Part shown: positions 47,801-55,039 of the stretch, piece after piece
Position numbering within the stretch: position 1 is the first letter of the stretch
Layout: each line of letters begins with the position of its first letter
Source of the DNA: an uncultured Bacteroides sp.
GTDB taxonomy: Bacteria > Bacteroidota > Bacteroidia > Bacteroidales > Muribaculaceae
DNA: 64,000 bases
NCBI GenBank assembly: GCA_964495725.1
Contig: CAZBWZ010000001.1
Location: forward strand, 5,070-69,069
Direction: 5' to 3'
Made by a program: the position numbers and the translations under genes
The notes under the pieces: model-generated
The model's input: the letters and a program-made list of their open reading frames with translations, nothing else
The model's database searches: none
What the model was told of the DNA's origin: nothing

Positions 47801-48784
47801 CTCGGCACGCTGTGCGTTGAGCCACGATGAATCATCGTATCCGGGTGATGTCCATTCACCGAGCTCCATACGCGCGTCATAGATCTCGCCGTCGTACTCG
47901 TTATTACTGCGGATGGGTCCCTGCGCGGTCAACTTCCACTTTTCGTCTGAATTGATACGCTGACGTGAGCCATCGGTATATTCGATAATCAGATTGAGAC
48001 GCATCTTGGGATAGCCGAAGTTGGGAATCTTGTAAGGCTTGTAATTCTGACGCATCGTATAATAGCGGCCGTTGCCGAGAGTCACACCTATCGCGTTCTC
48101 AGCTCCGTCACCCTTCAGCATATCTGTCACATCGTAAGAATTATACAATGTGGTCCTGCGGTAATCGGTCGGGGCAGGCGCGAGTACATCCTCACCTACC
48201 TTCTCACCGTTGATATACATCTCATATAGTCCCAGACCGGATATATGGGCTGTAGCGCGTTTGATGGTCTTGTCCTGGGTCTTGAACTCCTTACGGAGAT
48301 AGCGTGAACTCATCCGGCTGTGCGAATCCTCGATATCCCATTCAAAGGGACCTTCCCATCCGATCCAGCGACCTCCCCAATGGCCTTCGCCTACGATACC
48401 CATTCCCCACTCTGCCACAGGGCTCCAGGGAGATTCACCACGTGTGGTCTTCACCTTCACCTGCCAGTAGCAACGTGTGTTGTCAGCTATCTTGTCACCG
48501 GTATAGGGTACCCACACCGACTGATCAGAACTCACCACACCCGAGTCCCAGATGTCGGCTTTGCCCAGAGCGAGCAACGATGGATCAGTAGCCACAAGTA
48601 TATGATACGAGGTCTGCATCACATCCCGCTCGTCGCTGGTGATAATCCAGCTCAGACGCGGCGATGATGTCTCTACATTGAGCGGAGCCACGAGCCCCTC
48701 GGTAGTGAGTTGACCTACGTTGACGCCTGCATTCGCAGAAAGCGAACACAGGCATCCCAACATCAGCAGTGATATTTTGCGCAT
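44846..48784 (-). CDS. Bimodular GH78 rhamnosidase + GH33/BNR sialidase-fold (Kdo-ase), BT1013-like
   Basis: PVDCPQRDERQPW, GATTIWELW, SNNHVM; C-terminal CHGSTI, WNPVLF, GPIKNKP, Asp-boxes SNDGGRTW/SDDGGKTW/SDDNGTTW, YSYPSIIQ. Confidence 0.85.
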   Translation of the reverse strand: MRKISLLMLGCLCSLSANAGVNVGQLTTEGLVAPLNVETSSPRLSWIITSDERDVMQTSYHILVATDPSLLALGKADIWDSGVVSSDQSVWVPYTGDKIADNTRCYWQVKVKTTRGESPWSPVAEWGMGIVGEGHWGGRWIGWEGPFEWDIEDSHSRMSSRYLRKEFKTQDKTIKRATAHISGLGLYEMYINGEKVGEDVLAPAPTDYRRTTLYNSYDVTDMLKGDGAENAIGVTLGNGRYYTMRQNYKPYKIPNFGYPKMRLNLIIEYTDGSRQRINSDEKWKLTAQGPIRSNNEYDGEIYDARMELGEWTSPGYDDSSWLNAQRAELPYGVLRGNTAPNMKVMRTLMPKTIKKIGDKYIVDFGQNMAGWVKISVKDVAEGDTVTIRYAERMTQDSTALSVENLRHAQSTDRYVANGKEKGAKWSPKFSYHGFQYVEVDGIDNLSQEDIEAEFVYDNLPDNGSFASSNDILNAIHRNAWWGIASNYKGVPVDCPQRDERQPWTGDHNMGTWGENFLFNNGTFYAKWMDDMRQSQREDGCLPDIAPAFYNYYTSDMTWSSTLPVVCDMLYEQTGNIQPILRNYDAMARWMRHIREDYTDKQGLITADKYGDWCVPPEKPELVHSQDPARKTDGVLIASAYYYKMCQLMAKFARLQGLDAQAEQWEADADKVKDAFNAKFLTVKEGTSPVKTPHILYPDSIFYGNNTATANVLPLAFGMVPEKYSQAVADNLIKTIVETNNGHISTGVIGVNWLMRLLSEIGRGDVAAMLATNTTYPSYGYEISKGATTIWELWNGDTADWRMNSNNHVMMLGDLLNWYYQDLAGFNPAKPGYKEILLKPDFSIQQLDSVSATYNTPYGVLEGSWVKTPMHIKWNIVIPCNTTATVVVPTPYKNAVKAPGAKYVRSEGNNSYWTVGSGSYTFNIDVDPALGQNRAGLLTDQFLYEKSSFPECHGSTILELENGDLVAAFFGGTKEKNPDCVIWVCRKLKGATEWTAPEIAADGVFNLNDPDIAKAGLTGINAETTPASKGPVGPHFDGDMENSRRKACWNPVLFRIPGQDEIMLYYKIGSNVGDWTGWVVKSNDGGRTWSQREPLPDGILGPIKNKPEYIDGRILAPSSREGKGWRVWMEYSDDGGKTWSSTGELPTDSTFRSDRDYIEPIYAIQPSILELADGRLQILCRTRNSKIATSYSDDNGTTWTPMTLIDMPNNNSGTDAVTLADGKHVLIYNDFATIPGTPKGVRNPLCVAISDDGTNWTNVLTLEDSPVSQYSYPSIIQGKDGKLHAVYTWRRQRIKYSEIDPKVLEKTAKEMNK

Positions 48785-48860
48785 CTATTTATATATAATG
48801 TGTAGATATATTTTTATGATGTGATTCGTCTCAGTGAAAGAAATCAAGTAATTATGATAA

Positions 48861-50303
48861 TTACTTACGGTCGGGCAATGTCTTCCAATCCTTGCCGATA
48901 TAGTCTTTTGAAGAATCCACAGCTATGAGCACGCGGTCGTTGCCGGCACCGTGGCCACCATCGTACTGGAATGGAGTCACCTTGCTGTCATACTCGCCGG
49001 CATACTGCAACGTGCCGTCCACCGGGCTATACCACCATACATTCTTCTTGCTGCCCGAAATCTTGTCGAGGTCGATCTGCATCGGGCGGTTGGTGTAATT
49101 GTATACGAGCAGATAATCATTGCCACGGGTGGCGATCAGACGCTCATAACGCTCACCGTTTTCGCCGGCGATGATGCTCTGGTCGGGTACACGCTCGAAA
49201 TAGGGGAAAGCGAGCATAAGATTCTTAAGATAACGCATCTGGTTGAAGCCCGGATCCTTCATACCCTCGTACCATGTCTTGGTAGCCCCGTAGCCACCCA
49301 CATTGGCGGGCTTGAGCATCTGCATGATGGAGTTGTGACCGTAGGTGTGGCCGAAGCTGCCGGCAAACACAGACCAATAGGCATAACGACGCACATCCGG
49401 AGCCTTCCACCAGGGTTGTGACGGGTCATGCAGACCCTGCGGTATTTCTTCGTATGAAGGCTCGGCATCAAAGATAGGTTTGCGGGGCTCCATGGCAAGG
49501 CCTGCCTCGACATATCGCCAGTTGTCCTCAGCCTGAGCCGCCTGAGCTGTATCATCACCATCACCCCTTATCTGGTCATAACGGCGGTGTCCGCTCTGAA
49601 ACATATTGAAATCGAGCCAGTCGGCATTATGAAACCAGTTGATCGAGGATGTACGGCCGAATGGATGATAGCTCATCAGATGATTCTTGTCTATCGACTT
49701 TATGGTGCGTGCCATGGTGTTCCACTGGTCAGGGTTGATATCACCCTTCACGTCGCCACCCATCACCCATATGATATTGGGGGAATCCTTGTATCTCCCG
49801 GCCAAGAACTTTCCGTAAGCCTCGGCATCCTTCACGCTCATGAGGCCAGATTTCACCAGACCGCCCCAGATGGGCACCATGGCGATATAGATACCGTTCT
49901 TCTCGGCCTGCTTCACAATATAGTCCATGTGATCCCAGTAGCCATATTCACCTTTCTTGTCGATCTTTGAGAAATCCCAGCCATCGGGATGTGACAGCTT
50001 GCCGTAGAAGTTCATCGCGGGCACATCATTGATAGTCTGTATCTGCACTACATTGAATCCGGCCTCGCGACAGCCATTAAGGTAATATTTCACCTCTTCG
50101 CGGTCGAGACGTTCGGGCAGCAGCCAGCCGGTCTCTCCCATCCAGAAGAAAGGCGTGCCGTTTTCATGCTGTAGGTAAGTGCCGTTGTCAGACACACGCA
50201 GCTTACCGTTGTCCCAGGGTTTGTCAAAGGTTTTGACCGGATCCTGAGCCACTACCGGCAGCATGAATAACAGAGATAGCAATGTCAGGGCTAATTTTTT
50301 CAT
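48861..50303 (-). CDS. GH140 apiosidase (DUF4038 plus C-terminal beta domain)
   Basis: GTPFFWMGETGW, PNIIWVMGGD, WLDFNMFQSGH, DAEPSYEEIPQGLHD, RRYAYWSVFAG..GHTYG. Confidence 0.85.
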   Translation of the reverse strand: MKKLALTLLSLLFMLPVVAQDPVKTFDKPWDNGKLRVSDNGTYLQHENGTPFFWMGETGWLLPERLDREEVKYYLNGCREAGFNVVQIQTINDVPAMNFYGKLSHPDGWDFSKIDKKGEYGYWDHMDYIVKQAEKNGIYIAMVPIWGGLVKSGLMSVKDAEAYGKFLAGRYKDSPNIIWVMGGDVKGDINPDQWNTMARTIKSIDKNHLMSYHPFGRTSSINWFHNADWLDFNMFQSGHRRYDQIRGDGDDTAQAAQAEDNWRYVEAGLAMEPRKPIFDAEPSYEEIPQGLHDPSQPWWKAPDVRRYAYWSVFAGSFGHTYGHNSIMQMLKPANVGGYGATKTWYEGMKDPGFNQMRYLKNLMLAFPYFERVPDQSIIAGENGERYERLIATRGNDYLLVYNYTNRPMQIDLDKISGSKKNVWWYSPVDGTLQYAGEYDSKVTPFQYDGGHGAGNDRVLIAVDSSKDYIGKDWKTLPDRK

Positions 50304-50354
50304 GATATATTACTTGATATGATTTATTGTCAATTATATGATTATCCACACCAA

Positions 50355-52799
50355 TTATTTTCCCTTGAGGATGTAGGTATCTCCAGCCTTAGTGGGCAGG
50401 TCGTAGAGATATGTGGGCTTGAGATCGACAGAGTTGAGTCTGGCCTCCGAGCTGATGATGGGCTCACGAGTCTCGCTCACGGCAAAGAGGGCGTTGGGGT
50501 TATCACCCTTGGCCTTCTTCAGTCCCTTACCGGTAAGAGGAGTGAGAGAGCGCAGACGGCATACTCCGCCGATGGTCGACTTGACCTTCACTGTCTCGAT
50601 CTTGCCATCACGCCATTTGATATCAAACTCAAATCCTCCGCGTGAACGCAGACCGGTAATCTCGCCGTCGGGCCATACGCTCGGCAATGCCGGCAACAGA
50701 TAGATGAATCCGTCATGGCTCTGCATCAACATCTCGGCGATACCGGCCACACAGCCGAAGTTACCATCGATCTGGAACGGCGGATGAGCATCAAACAGGT
50801 TGGGATATGTGCCGCCCTTCTTCTTCTCATTGCGCACGAGGCTGAGCTGGTCGGTGATGAGCTTGTAAGCGTGGTCACCGTCGAGCATACGTGCCCACAG
50901 ACACACCTTCCAGCCCATGCTCCAGCCTGTAGACGGGTCGCCGCGGTGTATCAGCGAAGTGCGTGCGGCATCAAACAGCTCGGGAGTGCGGTAAGGTGAA
51001 ATCTGGTTTGAGGGGTACACTCCGTAAAGATGTGACACGTGGCGGTGATTATCATCGGGATTATCCCAATCGCCGGCCCATTCCTGCAGCTGACCCCAGC
51101 TGCCGATACGCATCGGCGAGATCTCATTGACACGGGCGGCGAGTTTGTCGGCGAACTCTGTGTCAGTGTCGAGGATACGGGCAGCGGTCACTACAGTGTT
51201 CCACAACTCTGTCACCAGCTGATTGTCCATAGTGGCACCGGCCACTGTCGTGGCATTGTGGCCCTTGGGCGCATTCTCAGGTGAGTTGCTGGGACACACC
51301 ACGAGCATCCCGTTGCTCGGATCATACACCATGGTGGCATCATAGAATTCCGCAGCGCCCTTCATTATCGGATAAGCCTCCTTGAGGAATTCAATATCGC
51401 CTGTGTGGAGATAATGCTCCCATAGATGACGGCTGAGCCATGCTCCGCCTCCCATCCACATACCCGAGGGGGCATTGTCGATGGCTCCGGTCACACGCCA
51501 GATATCAGTATTGTGGTGTAGCACCCATCCTGGAGCATCATACATGATTTTTGCGGTCTCGGCTCCGGTCTGGCTCACCTCCTTGATGAGCTTGAAGAGG
51601 GGCTCGTTGAGATGAGTCAGGTTAGTCACCTCCGAGGGCCAGTAGTTCATCTCAAGGTTGATATTGCAGGTATACTTGCTATCCCACGAAGGAAACATCT
51701 TGTCGTTCCATATGCCCTGCAGGTTGGCGGCCTGGGTACCCGGCTGCGAGCTCGACACCAACAGATAGCGTCCGAACTTATAATAAGTCTCCACCAGATG
51801 GGCATCATCAGTCTCTTTGAAACGCTCGATACGTATATCAGTGGGCACATCGGGATACTTGTCCTCGCCCAGATCAAGATTGGATGTGCCGATCTCCTTC
51901 ATATAGAAATCTACATGATCCTTCTTGGCATCGGCATAGTCACGCGCCACGGCCTTATCAATATAGCTCTTAGAGCGGGCTTCTTCGTCGCCTGTGATAT
52001 CCTTGTAGTTGTTGAAGTTGGTGGCGATGGAGGTATAGATCACAGCCTCATCGGCATTTTCCACGGATATCACGCCGTCTCGGGATGTCATCTTGCCTCC
52101 CTTGGCCAACGCACGCGCACGTCCCTGAAATTCCACCTTGCCCTTCAGGCCCTCGTGATTTGAGCTTACGCCAGACAAAGTAATGTCATCGCCCTCACTC
52201 ACGATCATCACGTCGGGGTGAGGACTCGTGAACGAGGCATTGAAAGTGACACTGCCCGGACGGTCGGCCGTGATACGTGTCACCACCACCTGATCCGGAA
52301 ACGAGGTGAATGTCTCACGGGTGTAGTTCACACCATCCACATTGTATTTCACCACAGCGCGGGCCGAGTCGAGACTCAGCTCACGATAGTAATTGTCGTA
52401 GCGTGAATGGCCGGGGAACGAAATACGCAGGTCACCGAAAGGCTGGAATGGCATACCCTGGTTGGTCGCACTCTTGACATGAGCAGTACACATATCCTGA
52501 GCCTCACGGTATTTACCCTCGAACACCAGCTGCTGTATCTTGGGTATCCATTCCTTGGCATCAGGATTGGCATTGTTGTTGGGCTGACCGGCCCATATCG
52601 TCTCTTCGTTGAGCTGGATCTGCTCGGTGGCCGGATTGCCATACACCATGGCGCCGAGTCGGCCGTTGCCCAGTGGAAGAGCCTCGGTCCACACCTGCGC
52701 CGGTTTATCATACCACAGTACATGATTCTGAGATGCAAAAGCCGTCACGGGCAGTGAGGCAAGAGCCATTATCTGCAATGTCTTTATTATCGATTTCAT
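50355..52799 (-). CDS. GH95 alpha-L-fucosidase/alpha-L-galactosidase
   Basis: WTEALPLGNGRLG, QLNEETIW, GRYLLVSSS, ANLQGIW, NINLEMNYW, HRHVSHL, TGWSMGWK, HPPFQIDGNFG; start taken at ATG 52799. Confidence 0.92.
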   Translation of the reverse strand: MKSIIKTLQIMALASLPVTAFASQNHVLWYDKPAQVWTEALPLGNGRLGAMVYGNPATEQIQLNEETIWAGQPNNNANPDAKEWIPKIQQLVFEGKYREAQDMCTAHVKSATNQGMPFQPFGDLRISFPGHSRYDNYYRELSLDSARAVVKYNVDGVNYTRETFTSFPDQVVVTRITADRPGSVTFNASFTSPHPDVMIVSEGDDITLSGVSSNHEGLKGKVEFQGRARALAKGGKMTSRDGVISVENADEAVIYTSIATNFNNYKDITGDEEARSKSYIDKAVARDYADAKKDHVDFYMKEIGTSNLDLGEDKYPDVPTDIRIERFKETDDAHLVETYYKFGRYLLVSSSQPGTQAANLQGIWNDKMFPSWDSKYTCNINLEMNYWPSEVTNLTHLNEPLFKLIKEVSQTGAETAKIMYDAPGWVLHHNTDIWRVTGAIDNAPSGMWMGGGAWLSRHLWEHYLHTGDIEFLKEAYPIMKGAAEFYDATMVYDPSNGMLVVCPSNSPENAPKGHNATTVAGATMDNQLVTELWNTVVTAARILDTDTEFADKLAARVNEISPMRIGSWGQLQEWAGDWDNPDDNHRHVSHLYGVYPSNQISPYRTPELFDAARTSLIHRGDPSTGWSMGWKVCLWARMLDGDHAYKLITDQLSLVRNEKKKGGTYPNLFDAHPPFQIDGNFGCVAGIAEMLMQSHDGFIYLLPALPSVWPDGEITGLRSRGGFEFDIKWRDGKIETVKVKSTIGGVCRLRSLTPLTGKGLKKAKGDNPNALFAVSETREPIISSEARLNSVDLKPTYLYDLPTKAGDTYILKGK

Positions 52800-52804
52800 G
52801 GCAT

Positions 52805-52840
52805 TATTTTCAATATTATCTATTTTCAATATTATCTATT
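52805..52840. repeat. Perfect 16-bp tandem repeat (2.25 copies) in the GH95 leader
   Basis: TATTTTCAATATTATC x2 + TATT. Confidence 0.9.
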
Positions 52841-52847
52841 ATTGTAG

Positions 52848-52855
52848 CAAAGTTA
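52848..52855 (-). promoter_or_regulatory. -7 promoter element for the GH95-to-esterase operon
   Basis: TAACTTTG on the minus strand. Confidence 0.6.
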
Positions 52856-52967
52856 CTCATTTTAATCCACTCTGCCAAATGCTTTTTGAGTGATGACACA
52901 GCAATGAGTCGTTGGCCAAACTATCTTTTGAAACCGCTACCGAATATCGGGAAGCGGACGAATCGTA

Positions 52968-53483
52968 TCAGGCATCGAAGAAGATGCGGTCTCCTGAGGC
53001 CGAGGGACGCGCCACTCCGGGATAGTCACAGCAGAAAGCCTCGGTGAGACGCCTTACATAACGCGCTGCCTCCCACTTGGCCATAGGTAGATCGTGCAAC
53101 AGGTAATTGCCGCATGTAGCCGGAGTCGTGCCGGGCACCTCACCGTCATACCCCACTACATAGTCGAAAGCATCTTTCATGAGGTCACGTATCTCTTCCG
53201 GCTTATATTCACCCTTGACTATAAGATAATTGCCGGTAAGGCATCCCATAGGCCCCCAATAGATGATGCGGTCGGCCCACACCGGATGATTACGCAGGTA
53301 TGTGGCCACGAGGTGCTCGATGGTATGAATGGCGGCGGGTGCAAGAGCTGGCTCATGATTAGGCGCTGTCATGCGTATGTCATAGGTTGTCACTGACTCA
53401 CCTCCGACACTATCGCGGCGTGATATGTAGATTCCTGGCTGCAGGTCGGTATGGTCTACAGCGAAGCTGGGTATCAGATCCAT
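52968..53483 (-). CDS. luxS: S-ribosylhomocysteine lyase (AI-2 synthase)
   Basis: SFAVDHT, TYDIRM..PN, HTIEH metal motif, GPMGCLTG, CGNY..HDL. Confidence 0.93.
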   Translation of the reverse strand: MDLIPSFAVDHTDLQPGIYISRRDSVGGESVTTYDIRMTAPNHEPALAPAAIHTIEHLVATYLRNHPVWADRIIYWGPMGCLTGNYLIVKGEYKPEEIRDLMKDAFDYVVGYDGEVPGTTPATCGNYLLHDLPMAKWEAARYVRRLTEAFCCDYPGVARPSASGDRIFFDA

Positions 53484-53523
53484 TTCTAAAAGTATTATTA
53501 ATTTGAATTACTTAATCCGTCGG

Positions 53524-53531
53524 CAAAGATA
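53524..53531 (-). promoter_or_regulatory. -7 promoter element for luxS
   Basis: TATCTTTG on the minus strand, ~40 nt upstream of the luxS ATG. Confidence 0.55.
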
Positions 53532-53629
53532 ATCAAAATCATCAGCATGGCCAACAAAAGATTGCAGTAAGCACACTCGAACTATTGACAACCGTGATTT
53601 GTTATAGCTGTAATTCAACTAAGGAAATT

Positions 53630-54958
53630 ATGACACGTAAGCTTTTTGTATGCGCCCTGATGGCATTGTGCTTCTCGGTCGCAAGGTCTAAAACGACCAA
53701 TGATTCAATATCGATACCCGCCACGGCCGACCAGCGGCATATAGAGGATCTTAAAAACAGTCAGAAACTGATGATAGTCAACGGTGACTCGACCTCGTTG
53801 GCCAATGACTCGGTGCGCAAGCTCATTGCCCGCTTCTATGTAGACCAATATCACCACTTCCAGGACCCCGAGGCTCCATATTTTCTTATGATGAGCAAGG
53901 ATGCAACTCTTGCCCTCGGACTCGGCGGAGCCGTGAGGATGCGTGGATATTACAACTTCGACGGCTCAGTGCCATACGCCGGATTCATCCCCTACACCAT
54001 TCCCGTGCCCGCCGATCCGTCAATGCGCCGCAAGCTCGATGCCACACCATCGGGTACCGCTCTGTTTCTACGCATCATCGGCACCAATAAGAAAGTAGGT
54101 AATTTCTCGGCCTATATCCAGGGCTCATTTGACGGAGGCTCAGGACGCGAATTCAAACTCAAGAAATCATACGTCACTATCAATGATGTCACCATAGGTT
54201 ATGCCACCAGCGCCTTTGTAGACATATCCGCCAACCCACCGGTGATAGATGCCCAGGGCCCCAGCGGACAGACCAACAACACATCAGTACTCGTCACATG
54301 GCGTCATCCCACCGACAAAGGATGGGTATGGTCAGGTTCTGTCGAATTCCCGTCTTCATCAATCCAGACAAACAACTATACAGCATCACTCGACGACTGG
54401 TTTCCGGATGTAGTAGGATATGCCGAGCGCCAATGGGCCAATGGCGCCGGGCATGTGAGGCTATCCGGACTACTGCGAGTGCTCCCCTACCGTGACCTCG
54501 TGACAGAGACCAACCACAATAAGATAGGATTCGGCGGACAGCTCACAGGTGTTATTCCTGTTGGATACAGCACCACTCTTTATGCCGAGGCAGTGGGTGG
54601 CAAAGGTTGCGAGTCGTATATCAACGACTTCTCCGTCTCTGGTTTCGATCTGATTCCCTCCACCACCGATGGCAAGCTTTACGCACCATGGTGCTACGGA
54701 CTCACCGCCGGTGTGAAGTACAATATAATGCCCGACCTCTTTGCATCCCTGTCGGTAAGCGAAAGCCGCCTTATGGCACGCTCAGGGGTTGCCCCCACTG
54801 AATATAAATATGGTCTGTACGGCGTGGCCAACATATTCTGGAACATGTCACCACGTCTGCAGGTAGGTGCCGAATACCTGATGGGACAGCGCAAGAACTT
54901 CAACGGCGAGACAGGCTCGGCCAAGCGCGTCAACCTCCTGTTTCAGTTCTCATTCTGA
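53630..54958 (+). CDS. DcaP-like trimeric outer-membrane porin
   Basis: Signal peptide from ATG 53630; FQDPEAPYF..LGLGGAV, FKLKKSYV, PPVIDAQGP, VGAEYLMGQRKNFNG..RVNLLFQFSF with terminal Phe. Confidence 0.65.
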   Translation: MTRKLFVCALMALCFSVARSKTTNDSISIPATADQRHIEDLKNSQKLMIVNGDSTSLANDSVRKLIARFYVDQYHHFQDPEAPYFLMMSKDATLALGLGGAVRMRGYYNFDGSVPYAGFIPYTIPVPADPSMRRKLDATPSGTALFLRIIGTNKKVGNFSAYIQGSFDGGSGREFKLKKSYVTINDVTIGYATSAFVDISANPPVIDAQGPSGQTNNTSVLVTWRHPTDKGWVWSGSVEFPSSSIQTNNYTASLDDWFPDVVGYAERQWANGAGHVRLSGLLRVLPYRDLVTETNHNKIGFGGQLTGVIPVGYSTTLYAEAVGGKGCESYINDFSVSGFDLIPSTTDGKLYAPWCYGLTAGVKYNIMPDLFASLSVSESRLMARSGVAPTEYKYGLYGVANIFWNMSPRLQVGAEYLMGQRKNFNGETGSAKRVNLLFQFSF

Positions 54959-54981
54959 TTCATCATACCTGACATTTTCAC

Positions 54982-55022
54982 ACCTGCTGACACTTGTCTC
55001 CGGATGACAAGTATCAGCAGGT
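54982..55022. terminator. Hairpin between convergent porin and regulator genes
   Basis: ACCTGCTGACACTTGTC-7nt-GACAAGTATCAGCAGGT, a 17-bp stem with one mismatch (G-U on the minus strand). Confidence 0.65.
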
Positions 55023-55039
55023 TGACTTATTGATAGATC

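Larger units (their letters stand above)
15212..52799 (-). other. Rhamnogalacturonan-II-type polysaccharide utilisation locus
   Basis: GH95, GH140, GH78-GH33, GH43, GH143-GH142, GH78, CE19-like, PL1, DUF3826 and two SusC/D pairs, all on the minus strand; mirrors the recalled BT1010-BT1030 region of B. thetaiotaomicron. Confidence 0.8.

Noticed and set aside
53585-53614. TTGACA-N18-TGTAAT sigma70-like promoter and TTG start for the porin
   Set aside because: The Bacteroidetes primary sigma uses -33/-7 elements, so this is likely coincidental. ATG 53630 gives a proper signal peptide.
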